From Rhizodiscina lignyota (taxonomy: Eukaryota), in contig ML978121.1 in NCBI GenBank assembly GCA_010015805.1, positions 186,001-250,000 of the forward strand: a stretch of 64,000 nt of DNA, written 5' to 3'. Position 1 is the first letter of the stretch. Each line of letters begins with the position of its first letter. This document shows positions 36,124 to 49,475 of this stretch, piece by piece. The notes below the pieces were generated by a model. The model saw only the letters and a list, made by a program, of their open reading frames with translations. It ran no database searches and was not told where the DNA came from. The position numbers were made by a program, and so were the translations under genes.

Positions 36124-37571
36124 CTAGTAGAGAATACCACCAGCAGTCTTGCATGACTGCTTGAGGGCAGCAGGAGTGGTCTTCCTGGTAACAGTGATAC
36201 TGAGAGATGATTAGCACATGCGCATAGATATGTTTGGAAATAGACACGTACGTTGGGTAGTAGGTCGTGGAGATGGTAGTCGTCTTGATCGTGTACTTGA
36301 CGACTGTGCGAGTCGGGGTGGGGAGCGTAGTGGTGACATTGGGAGCCTTCGTCTTGCCCTTGATGACAGTAACAGCAGCGGGAGTGCTCGTCGTGCTGCT
36401 GGTTGACGTAACTAAATTGTTTTAATCAGTACAAAATTCTCAATGTGAAATCGCGTAGACTCACCAACGAATGTAGCAGTAACCGTGGCTGCGGTGTAAG
36501 TCGATGTGACAGTTGGGTAATCTGCAGCGTTGGTATCGGTGATAGTGTAGGTTTCCGGATCTGGCGCACGCCTGTCGAACTGGTGCAGGCTGTCGAGGTA
36601 TTTGGCACGCTCGGAAACGAACGCCTCTTTGTCGAGGATGTCGACGCCACGACGGTCCTTGGCGAGACGGAATTTGGCCTTGCTGGCAGCAGACGTGGGC
36701 TGTACTCCAGGAACGGTGATCTGGAGTCTGCAGGTCTTGTCGGTGGTAGTTGGCTTGTGTGGCAGATGGCAGCTCGGCGTAACAGTCTTGGTTGTCTTGA
36801 CGACACTGATCTTTGGCTTGACCTTCGTGATCGTGAACAGGGTCGACGTGGTGCTCTTCGTGACCTTCTTTGGAGTAACCTTCACCGTCTTCGTGATCGT
36901 TGTCGACGGGACGGTCGTTGTTGGCGTAGCAGCCGTAAGAGTGCTGACATACACGGATGTAGAGGTAGAACCTATCGAGGGTCAGCATTCGCGCGAATAG
37001 CCATAAAGCAGGCGACTTACTATCCTGAGGAGTAACAGTGGTTGGGATCACAACAGTGGGTGTGTAAGTTGTTGTCACTTGGGGGCCAACGGAGAGTGAG
37101 AAATCTCTCTCGTATCCGATTGGATCGCCGTTGCCGTTGTTGCTGATGATGATCACAGACCAGTAGCCATCAAACAACTGGTCCTTGTCGGTCGGGCTAC
37201 GAGAGAGTCAGCAATGGATAGGAAAAATATATCAATGTAAACTTACCAAGTTGACATCTGATTAGTGTCATCTGGAGTCAGGCTGGTGTCGGAGCAGAGG
37301 ACCTGGTCACCATTTGGATCGACGAAGATGTTGCTCGCCGTATCGTTGTTGCAACCTAAGCGTTGATTAGACTTTTAATTGGAAAACTTCGCATTTGTGA
37401 TCGCTTACCCTCGAATTGTGACACGAAAGTGAAGGGATCCGTGGAAAGACTGTTCTGGAAATAACTACCACCATCCTGAAAGTCCATACCAAACGAAACG
37501 CAGTCGGCAACAGCTCGCTGAGCGAACAATGCCGCAAGGGCGGCCTTGCTCATGAATGAAAGAAGCGACAT
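36124..37571 (-). CDS. Secreted Thr-rich (mucin/cell-surface-like) protein with a small N-terminal Cys-containing domain
   Basis: Signal peptide MSLLSFMSKAALAALFAQRAVA, domain DCVSFGMDFQDGGSYFQNSLSTDPFTFVSQFEGC..WSVIIISNNG..YERDFSLSVG, T/V-rich tracts and dibasic RR sites. Five GT-AG introns; ends CKTAGGILY-TAG. Confidence 0.85.
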
Positions 37572-39899
37572 TGTGAGTGAAAGAATGAAGCTTCAAAGAA
37601 CGAGTGACTGGTACAAACAGTATGATGTGCAACGAGGGCTAGCAAATGGTGACGAAGGAGATATTGGACCTTTATGGTAGCAGCGTGCATGCACTGGGCT
37701 GAGCCTCTGAGGACAAGGCGACGTACCCTGGCCCGGTTGAACATTCCACGCTCTGGCCTTGTCAGAGTATGAGGCCCAGGACGTCCGCAAGCTCTGGCTC
37801 CATGGAATGGTCGGGCGGCGTAAGGAGACGCCGCCGAGCTCCACGATGTCTGGTGAGCCGAGCTCGTGTGGCCCGCTGGGCGGCTTGGAAGCCGGTATGG
37901 TGGCGTCAGCGAGACCACCTGCATCGTCAACATGCTCTGCATCGACTAAGGAGAGGTAGTGCAGAGGGGACAAGCCACCGGTTGCCATAGGCATGTATTG
38001 ACGCGCGTGGAGTAGGGAAGACCTAAACCCGATCAGTGGCGAAGGATTGCTTAAGCACTGTCCGACTATTGAAAGAGGAAATACGGTAGCGAGAAATAGC
38101 AACGCATGGCATGGCGGGTCGGTGGAGAGACAGTGAACGTTTATGGCTAACTTAGGCGACGAAACCGTTGAAAGTCAAAGTTACTCGCCAGCACACCGAC
38201 GAGGCGGCTCGGAAGACGCTGGAGGACTCCGTTCCAAGGTCAATAGCCTCACATTTCGGCACAACGAATGCATAAAGGATGCTGGATGCATGTGCACAAC
38301 TCCCTGCTGCTGCATCTTCAAGTCAGCAGTACGCAATTGTCCGATGGCAGCTAAGTCGCCGCACCTTCTCTCGCTAGGCACGGCCCTAAATTTGGAGCAC
38401 GTACCTGCTGATCGCTGCATGGCACCCCTGACTAGCCACCGATTCGGACGATCGCAGGAACTCGACCACCAGCCAGTGCACTTTCTCGAGCACGTTGGGA
38501 GTCTTGGGACCGACTGTTCTGCCATGTTTCAGCAAAAGACTGCGCTTAGCCGCTTAGCAATTGTGCAGCTGGAATTGTCGAAACCGTCGAAATTGTGCCC
38601 CTGTCTCAGAGTATAAAATTTGGGGACTTATGCTTTCTTCCATCTGTGCGCCACGCATGGTGATCTCTTCGTCCAGAACACACCACGCACTTTGCTCCAG
38701 CCCAACAGCAGTAAGCCAAGCGAGAAAAGTACTTCGGAGTAGAGTGACTCAATTGGCTGAGCGTTACACGGACGGCAGACAAGCATTCGCTAGCACGATG
38801 GAGGCCCTGGCAAAGGGAAGGTGCTAGACTCCGGAGGTCCTGGTGGGGAGCCACAGTATCCGAGCTCCCGGTCCGTGGCCCTGCAACCCTGTTTGTTCGC
38901 TACCCCAGACCTTGGAAAAGCCACCATACACCTCAATTATCGTGCGGGTGGAAATGGCCCAGCTTAACGAAATGACAGGTGACGAGAAGACGGCAGCCTC
39001 TTCTCACGCCGATTTGGAAGCAAAATATTGAGGCTCAAGTTGCCGTGATGTCGCGACGTGTGTAGTTTTCGGAGAATCAGGGGTAGCTATGCAATACAAC
39101 GTGGACTATGCATCGCAACTTCACGAGACGCAAGTGAAGTGGATCGTGAAAAGCTATTAATGGCAGAATACACCGCAGGAGCATGGTCGACCGGAAAATT
39201 GGTAGAGATCGTGCTCTGTTAGTGGTGAGAGAAGGTAGATGGCCGTTTGTGCAGATCTGGCGATGCGGCTAGCACACGCTAGCGCTCTTGCATCACTAGC
39301 CTATCTAAACCTCCGAAGGATGAGTTATCATTACCCATGTACTTGCTTCTACACTCGACGAATGTTCTATCGATTTCCCCAGGAACTAAGCAAGAGCTGC
39401 TTGGTTACGATGCTGACGTTCGGAGAACCTCAACCAGAATACATACCTCCAGACCTAAGCGATGGTCTTGCGATCTCTGGGCGTGCCGCGCAAGTCGACA
39501 AGAAACCTTTCAGGGGCAGTCGCACCTACGCGTGTTTACAAATTTAATGGGATCACCTAGAGTCGGTGCAATACTGTGACACCATTTAACTCGAAATTGA
39601 AGTCAGTGAGATGGAACGTGCAAGCGAAAGCAAAAGTTTGATGTGTATGAGCGGTTGCACGTTGCTGGTCGGCGTTCCATTCCAGGCGCGCCGATGTTGC
39701 GCCACCAAAAATAGACACACGTGATCCTCAACCTCGATCATCCCGCTTCTTGGACAGCTCACTCGTATGTACATCTGCAGGTGTGCATGGCTAGCTGGCC
39801 GCCGACGCAGTTGCAGACCCAATTCTTTTCCATTCAACGTTTCTGAATGCAGCATCCAGTGGATTGAGGTGCCCCAAAACCCACGTCCTTGCGAAGCTA

Positions 39900-39945
39900 C
39901 ATACCCAGACATACCCAGACATACCCAGACATACCCAGACATCCC
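39900..39945. repeat. Perfect 10-bp tandem repeat (CATACCCAGA)x4
   Basis: atacccagac occurs four times in tandem at 39901-39940. Confidence 0.95.
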
Positions 39946-41323
39946 ACAAACCTGGAGAGCTGGACAAACCCCTGCATGTGAAAAGCGACAAATCCCTCGT
40001 ACCATCCCCCAGCGCGCCAGGACACCATTGTGGCCCTCACCACCGCAGCCATCGGTGGCACCGTGGCAGAGATCATTCTAGTCAGGGGACTCCCGCGCGT
40101 CGGGAGTGATGACGATGTGACAAATGCTTTATGTGCCTGACCGTCGACCGCCTGGAATCTGTGCCACATCGCGAGGAGCTGTCAAACTATGTCGTTGGGC
40201 TGCTGGGAACGTCGATCGTGCAGAATCCAGTCATTCGGTTTGACTCTGTTGCACTGCCTCGGAGATACATTTGCGTCAGAGACAGCGCGAGCATCGCAGC
40301 CAGCGCCATGTTCCTGCGTCTCGCGAAGCAAGGTAGGCTCATTCAATTGCATCGCGCTTGAATGGCAGCAGTGGACACCGCGATTCCTTCTCGTGGCGGC
40401 CATGCACGAAACACGGCATGCCAGATGCACTCGGCTGTCTATCGATATGCAGCTGAACCAGCTTGCCACAGCACCCAACGTCGAGACGAATGCAGCAGGC
40501 GCTATTGCTTCTCTTGGGATGTGGCTCTCCACCGGCAACTCGTAAGGTATAGTCCGATGCTGCGCATCTCCTGCATGAAGGCTCAAGCCATACCCTATAC
40601 AGCTGTACGCCACCTCCCTGGTTGTGAGACTGGGCCAATGACAGACCACCTCCCTGGCCCTGGCTTGCGGCACAGTCTGTCCATCTCCCGCGCGTGCGGC
40701 GTGCCTGACTTTCGACCTCGACCATTGTGCGCCGCAAAAAATGCTCCCTTCGGCGCCAATGCTTCACACTACGAACGGCATGGCTTTCTCGTGGACTCTT
40801 GCCCGTGGCCATCGACGCAAGTTCAACCGTGCAAGGCCCAGAACGACTGCTCGGACCCAGCCTTACGCATGCCACCGAGCATCCACCTCGCTTTCCCATG
40901 CCTCATGAAGCCTTTGCTATTCTGGTCAATTCCGTTGCCAGGATGCTGCTTTTGACTCTCCGAACCGTCTGATGGTGCTAACGCTGTTTTGCACTCTTGC
41001 TGCCGTCTGGACGAGCTGAACAATTTGGCGCCATGGCAATTGGCTTCCCCGGTTTTGTACGAGCATTTGCACCATGGCCTGCTCTACCGGGCCTCTGTTG
41101 AGCATGGTAGCTGCACGATCCAGGTGCGCCTTCGGGAGACTGTAGCACCATATATCTATGCTTTCCTCAGACTTCATTTCCTTCCTCATCAGATCACTGC
41201 CATCTGTGCATTTGTCGAGAGACTTCATTCGCTTTGAGCCTCTTTGACACTCTTTCGTTCTGATCTGTTCTTCTCGCTATCATTTAATTCGTCACATAGT
41301 AGTCTCTTCCTTTTCCCTCCAGC

Positions 41324-43262
41324 ATGCATTTCTCGCAGCTGGTTGCCTCTTGCCTGTTGGGGCTCGCCACGAGCTCCCTGGCAGAGATTATTCCTGCTGA
41401 TCACTACCTTTGGGGACCTGGTGGAGCTGTTAATAATGCGAAACTTGAGAAGCGTGCGACTACTACAACTAGCTCAGCTTCGACAACGTCGAGGGTGGCC
41501 GATTCTGCTTGTACCAATGGCGCTCTAACGAGAAGCTGCTGGTCAAGTGGATATAGTGTCGCGACTGATTTTGACTCCAAATGGCCAACTACGGGCCAGA
41601 CGCGATCTGTAAGGCAATGCAGTGTATGCAGATGGATGATGTCTAACATGACTTATAGTACACCCTGACCGCGACGAACACTACTTGCAATCCTGACGGC
41701 AATGGCGACCGCATCTGCTTGCTTTACAACAATCAGTATCCCGGTCCTACCATTTGGGGTAATTGGGGTGATACCATCTCTGTCACTGTCAAAAATGAAA
41801 TGCAAGACAACGGTACTAGCATCCACTGGCACGGCATCAGACAGCTCAACAGCAACACGCAAGACGGTGTCAACGGTATCACTGAATGCCCTCTGGCACC
41901 AGGTGACAGCAAGACCTACACTTTCAAGGCCACACAGTTCGGCACGAGCTGGTACCACTCCCACTTTAGCGCACAGTATGGTGATGGTCTGGTCGGCCCA
42001 ATTGTCATCTATGGACCTTCCTCTTCGAATTATGATGTCGATCTGGGCCCATTCACAGTCTCTGATTGGTACTACAAGACAGCCTTCCAGATGGAAGCCA
42101 TCTCCAATGTGCTCCTTCAGCAGGCATCTCCACCTCCACCAGCAGACAACATTCTTGTCAACGGCACGGGGAAGAATACGGCTGGCGCTGGCAGCTACAC
42201 CAAGTACACCATGACCAAGAACAAGAAGTATCTTCTCCGTCTTATCAATACTTCTGTCGACAATAACATTCGCGTCTCTCTCGACGGCCATAACCTCACC
42301 GTTATTGCTGGTGACTTTGTCCCGGTCAAGCCGATCACGAAGCAGTGGGTCTTGCTCGGTATTGGCCAGCGCTACGAAGTTATCATCACCGCCAACCAAG
42401 CTGTCGGCAACTACTGGTTCCGCGCCGAGGTTGCTGCGGACTGCGCTAGTGCCAACAACAACTTCGGTCGTGCCATCTTCTCGTACACCGGTGCCGCCAG
42501 CGGAGACCCAACGACCACTGCTTATGACACTCCTACAACTGGCTGTGTTGACGAGTCTCCTCTCGTCCCTTGGGTCACCAACACTGTTCCCAGCACCAAC
42601 TTCATCTCTCAGGCCAAGGAACTCGACGTCAACATCAACGTTGAGCAGATTACGACTAATAACCAGAGCATTGTCGTATGGGGCATCAACATGACCGCCA
42701 TTGACATTGATTGGGAGAAGCCGACCCTGGAGTACATCAAGACCCAGAACACCAGCTATCCTTCTGCTTACAACCTCGTTGAGATTCCCAACGGGCAGAC
42801 TGTAAGATTCTCATCAGAGCGTGCACCCTGTTCATATACTGACATTTCCTACAGTGGACGTACTGGATCATTCAGGAAACTGGTGGTGCCAACACCCCGA
42901 TCCCAATTCCTCATCCCATCCATCTTCACGGCCACGACTTCTACATTCTCGGCTCTGGTTCCGGAGTTTTCGATCCTTCCTCCCAAGCATCTTCTCTTGC
43001 TTTCAATAACCCCTACCGCCGCGACGTCACCTTCCTTCCTGGCGGCGGCTGGGTGGTTATTGCTTTCCCCACCGACAACCCGGGTGCTTGGCTCATGCAT
43101 TGCCACATTGCGTGGCACGTGTCCCAGGGTCTTGGTGTCCAGTTCCTGGAGAGCAAGGCGAGCATCAACCTCCCTGACAGCACTTGGGAGAAGACGTGCA
43201 CAAACTGGGCCACATACTGGGACAAGGGCACGGCGTACCCCAAGTCGGATTCGGGTCTGTAA
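41324..43262 (+). CDS. Secreted laccase / multicopper oxidase (AA1, ascomycete type)
   Basis: Signal peptide and LEKR propeptide site. All four Cu motifs are present: SIHWHG, WYHSHF, HPIHLHGH and WLMHCHIAWHVSQGL. C-terminal DSGL. Introns 41609-41658 and 42802-42854. Confidence 0.97.
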
Positions 43263-44509
43263 ACTACTCGTCGTTCTCGCGCTTGATTCCCCGCAACTTG
43301 GCTGCGCTTTTGCAACTGTCGCTTCTTCGATTGAGTGCGGCATCCATCACTTACGGAAGACCAAAAAATTGGCTTGGAGCATCGGACCTGGGATATTTTG
43401 CTGCTTCATTGCGCTGTGGATATGGGTTTAGATCGTCGATTGTCCTGTGATATTATCGGGATAGGCGGGCGTTCACCAAGACAGCATGCTGATGCGGCCA
43501 TGATACATGTGGCTGCGCGTAATCATAAATGTTAATGTAACATCCATTCTCTGGCGCCGTCTTTTGCATCCGTTCTTTTGCGTGCTGGCCGTGGTGCGCT
43601 GATGAGCTCGTGATTGTCGCGTGTCTTGATATCCTGTCTCGATGGGTGCAATCTTTGGGTTGACCAGCACGATGGTCTTCCAATGATATCGTCCAGTTCC
43701 GTGGTGGTGAAACACCACTGTCCAGACTCCATTGGCAACGGCTCCAACTCCCCAAAGAGTCTCCAGAATGATCTTGTCCAGGCTGGCATGGTATTCCACA
43801 TTTCGGAGACGATCGATTTGTGAGAAGCTGCTCGAGGTGAGCGCGAAACAAGAAGAGCGACCATCGACGGATTTGGGGTTTCTTATAATTCTCACCTGAA
43901 TTCAGCTCGCGCGGTAAAATAAGCACATTTGAGCACTTTCGCCTGTTCTGGATCCTGGCATGCAGCCTGGTGGTGACATCGTGTTGCATTAGTGCTCGGA
44001 CCAGAACATTTTAAATCAACTTCACATGAAACAATTGGAGAAACATAGCGATAATATCTATTTTGAGATTACTTGACACGTTGCAGTATTAACTGTGGGA
44101 AGAAACTGTCGCCTTCCTACGTAACTACCGGGACACTCGTTTCCCAGTTGTGGAAAGCCGGCATCATCCGGGATCGTGAAAGCCGGCATATCAGATTTGA
44201 GCACATTAGAGCAATAGATCGATTCCCTCTCATAATATCTCTATAGCACATTCACCATCTCAATCTCCCAGCTACCTCGGAGGTGACGACATAGTTAACC
44301 ACAGCTTTCAAGACACTGAACAGCTACGATGCAAAGCCTCTCTGACTAACAAAGTATACAAGTTTCTCAACAGTCTCCTCCTGTTATATACACTCCAATG
44401 AAAGTACAACTAAACTTCTGAGATTGTCTCGCTAACCTTGAAGTGTGAGAGCTGCTCGCCTTGAGCATTACGGCCACGCCAAAGTCGGCCACTCCGAAGC
44501 AGTCTGCTG

Positions 44510-44710
44510 GAAAGAAGCGGAAGCTCACCGACAAACAGAAGCCGAGCCGAGTTTATGAAGAAGGCGACAAGCAGACGAAGAAGCGGATCCTATAAGCGGA
44601 TCTGGATCTGGCGGCGCTGGCAAAGCTGAGGGAGCCTGGTATACTGGATGCGGATGAAGAGATGGAGGTGGACAAGAAGTAGCCGGACGGCTTGCTCGCA
44701 GGCCAGCTAT
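44510..44710 (+). pseudogene. Decayed charged coding fragment, paralogous to 35130-35440
   Basis: Reads KRKLTDKQKPSRVYEEGDKQTKKRIL*ADLDLAALAKLREPGILDADEEMEVDKK*PDG, with in-frame stops. Confidence 0.55.
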
Positions 44711-45834
44711 TTTGTCACTCTCGCCGCTGCCAGTATCTCCTGCAGAACTCGTTCTACCTCCACTCTGTCCTTATCCTCTCGCGGCGAAGGATAAGGATCA
44801 GTCTTCTCGGTCCAAATTGCCGTAGTGTCTTTAAAGCGGTCAGCTTATCCATTTGCTTGAGGCCGCTTGATTCATTTTTCATGTGGATTTGTCACTCACG
44901 CCTTTACTGTCCACGCCCAAATTCTCAAATGCTTCTGTCAATCTTCCGAACTTATTTCTTGTCCTCTTCTTCGAGAACTTCAGCACCAGCTTCCTTCGCA
45001 TCCGCGCACGCCGACGGTAGTCAGCTATCACTACTGCTCTGCCCGCTCCGATGGAAGTCCGGCGTTTCGAAGGTGTGGTTCGTCTTACGGCCTCCTCCTC
45101 CGGACGTTGTGATCCAAGTGACTGCGAGTGCACAAGGCGAGCGGCCTTAAGGTATATCGAACCGCAGGACCGACATTGCGGTTGGTAGCACGGCGAAGGC
45201 GAGAGACGGATACTGCTGTTCGTGAAGATGTAGCGTTGGGCTTTGCGCCGACAATCCGTCGAGCGTTCTGGAGTCATACTGCTTCTTCGAAGAATCTGGA
45301 CTGATAGTTCGAATGAAAGGCAAAAGATTGACAAGAAAAAATATGAGAGCTGCAGTTTCGTCAATGACAGGGCAGATTCAACTCTTAAGAAACCGAACCG
45401 TGTATTTTCGGCTTCCCTTCTGAGCGATGAAATGACAGAGACATTTGACAAAGCCCGTGTGGGACATAGCTTCATCCAAGAACAAAGAAAGCATCGTATA
45501 GTCACAAAGCCGTGGCAAAGTTTATGCAGTCTTCTCTGTTTCTGGCACGGTCACTCACCTTTGTCTCGCATCCATCACCGAATAACTAAGAAAGACGTCT
45601 CTCAAATTTGGCAGCCCAAGTTCGCCGATCGACCAAGTCAGGGAACTTAGGGGAGGCGAGGGTGGTGAGCTTGTTATATCTTACGGTGGCCATTCCGCAC
45701 CGCCGTACTCGTCATCCTTATGTGTCCGACTTCATCATACCTCGTCATGCCTCGCGATGCGTGTCCTACAGTTCCAGTACAAACAGCAAACTCTGTGCAG
45801 ATATCGGGACGCCCAGCACGTATGTGATAACTGA

Positions 45835-46500
45835 TCACTGCACGTGTTCTTTTTCCTCTGCTTTCTGTATGCGAACCATGGTGCCGGTAATTAGAGCTCC
45901 AATTAATGCGGAGGCAAGCCCAAACCACCAGATGGTCCTGATGCTGTCCAGTCCGATTTCTCCAGTGGGGAGTGCATCAACCTTTACCCCTATTGAGTCG
46001 CTTAAGGACGTCATAACGGCCATACTCAAACTCTGTACAGTGACCAGCAATCTCCCAGCGGAGCCCTGGTATGATCTGGGCACGCTCGAGGTGATGAAAA
46101 TTGCCGCTGCAGCAAAACTCATGTCTGTGCCAAATGTTGCGAGGGCGACTCCCGGCATTGACAGCGCCCAGTAGAACAATGGGACGGGCGACACGTTGTT
46201 CCACAAAATCAAACCCTCCGAGTATTAAGAATCCGAGAATAATCAGGCAGTATATATATGGATTCTAGTGAGCAGAGGAGCCTGCGTAAGTCCAAAAAGG
46301 AGCAAGCTACAGCCTGTAGACGACATGAAGGTGCCAGCATAGTCGAACTGGCGTAAAGAAGGTGCCTCGGCGTAAGACTGTCACTGGCCGGTCGCAGAGA
46401 AGGAACGGTGAGATAGGTAGCAAGAGCGCAAATAGCAAGAAAGATCGAAATGCTTCCAAACATCCAGGGGAGATGTGCGCTCAAAGCTCCCCCTTGCAGG
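45835..46500 (-). pseudogene. Truncated, internally deleted MFS transporter (DHA2/Atr1-like) relic
   Basis: C-terminal helices YWALSMPGVALATFGTDMSFAAAAIFITSSVPRSYQGSAG..IWWFG. An upstream out-of-frame piece reads GGALSAHLPWMFG..LTVP. The N-terminal half and several middle helices are missing. Confidence 0.7.
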
Positions 46501-47006
46501 CAGAGTTCATCCAGCCGCATGTCTTCCCCGCGTACCACCTCAGGAGCCAGTTATACACGCGCAATGAGCAAACTCGTACCCGGTACATTCTGCACTCCTT
46601 TCTCTGAGCCTCCGATGGCGTAGGTCCTCGTGTCGTTCGATGAGCCAGAAAGGTTTGATGCACTCGTTGAGATGGTTGAGATGGTTAAGGATGAATCGCC
46701 GACCAGGTCAGGTCGCGGTGGAACGAAATCCAATGTCTCCAAATACTCTTCCAAGTGATCTTCCGGCTCGCCTTGTGCGTGATCGATGGCGGAATTCCAC
46801 TCGTCCACATCGACTAACCAAGGCTCTTTGTAATAACCTGTGCGGAATCTAAACAAAGATCAGCTTCGATTACTCAATCAAATCTAGTCATAGGGAGATG
46901 TACATTTTCCATATGGCTCTCTCCCATAAACTGCATAAACTGGTAATTGCTGAATGATGTATGTGCCGTCGAGATGGGAAGTATGTTCTTTGCGTCTGAA
47001 AGCATG

Positions 47007-47378
47007 TTAAAGTGGCTTCTTGTTCCTACGATAGTAGTGATGGCGGGCTCGTACCAACTGTAGAAGCTTGAACCATTTCTCTTCAGAGTAGTCCTTCTCC
47101 TCTACTAGCCTTCTAACGATGGGTGTTATGATATCTTGTCGGCGTCGTTCCTTGTAGGCTGCTCTGTTCCACTTGGCTCGTAGCTTCTCACGCTCGAGAT
47201 ATCTCGAGCGATTCTTGACCATTATATGCCAACAGTCGCTGCAAAATATCGCGATCGCGGTCGCAAGGATCAGAAGCATCGGGATTGCGAGAACGGCTAT
47301 GCCGATGCTAAGTATGGCTACTCCAGCCGTCTCTGCGGTAGTGTTCCGTTTTGCTAGAGCATAATGTATTGGCGCCAT
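47007..47378 (-). CDS. Orphan single-pass membrane protein, possibly continuing via a frameshift and intron into 46551-46850
   Basis: MAPIHYALAKR (KR site), hydrophobic GVAILSIGIAVLAIPMLLILATAIAIFC and a basic cytosolic tail. ATG context CCAACATGG. Confidence 0.4.
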   Translation of the reverse strand: MAPIHYALAKRNTTAETAGVAILSIGIAVLAIPMLLILATAIAIFCSDCWHIMVKNRSRYLEREKLRAKWNRAAYKERRRQDIITPIVRRLVEEKDYSEEKWFKLLQLVRARHHYYRRNKKPL

Positions 47379-48392
47379 GTTGGTGTCGTAGTGGATCTCT
47401 CTTGGTGCTCGCTCGTTAAGGACGTATACCCTACTGACTTTGTGAAATGCGATGATGAAGCTAGGATGTTATACGAAGGCAAGGAACGATTGAAAGCGGT
47501 ACTCGCATCATTTTTATTAACACTAGTGGATTTTCAACGGAACAATAGAACGCTGTGCAACATTTGATGATGGTACCTGTTCTTTACGATTTGGAGTATA
47601 ATGATAGGTTACAGTCTATGCCCCTACGTGGGTAAAGCGGAGATACTTGCGTCGCCGAGAGAGAAATCAGCTCTCCAATCACGAGAGCCAAATGCTAAGC
47701 GATTTCGACGCGCTTCAACAGTTTCAGACAATTTTACAGCCTAGAAGTGCGTAAAGAACAGAAGGCGGGGACTGATAGAGGGGATTGTTGAGCTTAAACG
47801 AGGTGCACGTACGAAAAGTAACCACTCGGAGATGTGAGAGATAATTCGATTCACTCAAACCCTGGAGTTGATTTCTCTCTCAGCCGCACAAGTAAGATAT
47901 AGATATATACCATCGTAGTCATTTCGAATGCCCGTCGCCTACAGGGGCGGAGGCTCAGCTCGGCTTGGTAGGCTAGGAGGCTGGCGTGGGACGAGCGCTC
48001 GCGCGATCCCCAACAGGCCGCGAGCTGGGCGCAAAATCACGAGTCCACGACTGCTTGGCTGCTCGCCCTCGTCGTGGGCGTGCACGCGCTCAGCAGCGCT
48101 GCAATTACTGTAGGACATTGCTCCTAAAACAAAAGACCATGAATTTTCTCGCTGCATGGGGCTTCTCGCTGCATAGAGACCACCATTAGTCGAAGGAATA
48201 TCAAATTGCAATACCAAATTTTTGTCATAGCAAAGGACCTACCTGATATAATGTCTGGTCAACGCAGACGATTGCATCTGCACAACGAAAACATTTCGTC
48301 CGGTGGATGGACCGAAATAAGCAAACTCTGGGTAGCGTCCCGTTGAATAAGACCGTACAGGAAATTACGAAAAGGATCAGACTTACTTACCT

Positions 48393-49475
48393 TCATTGCC
48401 GACCCATGGATTTGACTTGCTGCTCGGCGAGCTGGAACGTCCAAGCATTACGAGAGCGCAATAGTGCATGAAAGGGTACCGCGCTCCTCCGCTTAGATGC
48501 CTCGAACATAGCATGGCTGAACTCCTCGCTGTCGCTGAAATTCAGCAATTGCAGTTCCCGGTGTAGCGGCTCCGTCGGAGATAGTTCACTCTGGAGAAAC
48601 TCCCCATCGCTATCCTCCGAGACGGCTTCGCACGATCTCAGACCACATAGCTGGACCAGGGCATCCCTATCTCCTTGTCTCTGCTGCGCCCACATCCTCT
48701 CTCGATCCCGTAAATGACGGGCCCTGATGCCGTGGATTTCGTCTCCTGGCAGGACAAAGAGGTTGGTGCCCAGACGGGAGCCGAGCTGTATTGCGATTGC
48801 ACCCATTTCGACCTCGAATTCCTCTCGCTTCTTGACAAACTTCGCATCCAGTAACTCATCAAGGCACACGGAGCAAGCGAAGCCCTCTGGGACAACACTC
48901 TCGGGTAGCTCTGCATCAGTCAGTGTCACAGGAACTTTGAAGCATGTTCGACCACATCGGGTCGGGAGCGGGGTGCGAATGAGATGTCCACAATCTCGCA
49001 GACGGTGATGTGTACTTCTAGTTCCATCACAGGGCTCATTGAAAATGCGCTCGAAGTATCTTGGGGGGAAGGCTCCTGTTGGAGGCTCTGTGAAATCCAG
49101 CACGCCCGGGTGAGCTCGTAAAGGAAGTGCAACCTGGGTTGGAGTACTCACATACTTGGCACTCGGCCGTCTCGGACGGATTGGCAAAGAAGATAGAGAT
49201 TGCGGGAGTGTGGCCTGGGTCGAACACCGACGAGCTGGCATTGGCTGTGTCTGACGAATCGTTAAAGATAGATTGAAGTTCTCCATACTCGAATATGTCG
49301 CTGTCGCTGCTAAAGTTTCTTCAAGATTAGCTAGGGGAAAAGAGAAAAGAGGCACCTTACCCGACATAATATTGAGAGAAAGGAGATACGAATCTCCAAA
49401 TTTCAGGCGACAGTAGGAGCTGAATGAGATGGATCTTCGGAAGGAGAAGCTTGCCGGATCCACGGTCGTTGCCAT
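48393..49475 (-). CDS. Orphan protein with a CGH/Cys putative Zn-binding motif
   Basis: 360-codon ORF containing PC..HHRLRDCGHLIRTPLPTRCGRTC...FACSVC followed by a helical region. The true start is uncertain. Confidence 0.6.
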   Translation of the reverse strand: MATTVDPASFSFRRSISFSSYCRLKFGDSYLLSLNIMSGKVPLFSFPLANLEETLAATATYSSMENFNLSLTIRQTQPMPARRCSTQATLPQSLSSLPIRPRRPSAKYVSTPTQVALPLRAHPGVLDFTEPPTGAFPPRYFERIFNEPCDGTRSTHHRLRDCGHLIRTPLPTRCGRTCFKVPVTLTDAELPESVVPEGFACSVCLDELLDAKFVKKREEFEVEMGAIAIQLGSRLGTNLFVLPGDEIHGIRARHLRDRERMWAQQRQGDRDALVQLCGLRSCEAVSEDSDGEFLQSELSPTEPLHRELQLLNFSDSEEFSHAMFEASKRRSAVPFHALLRSRNAWTFQLAEQQVKSMGRQ

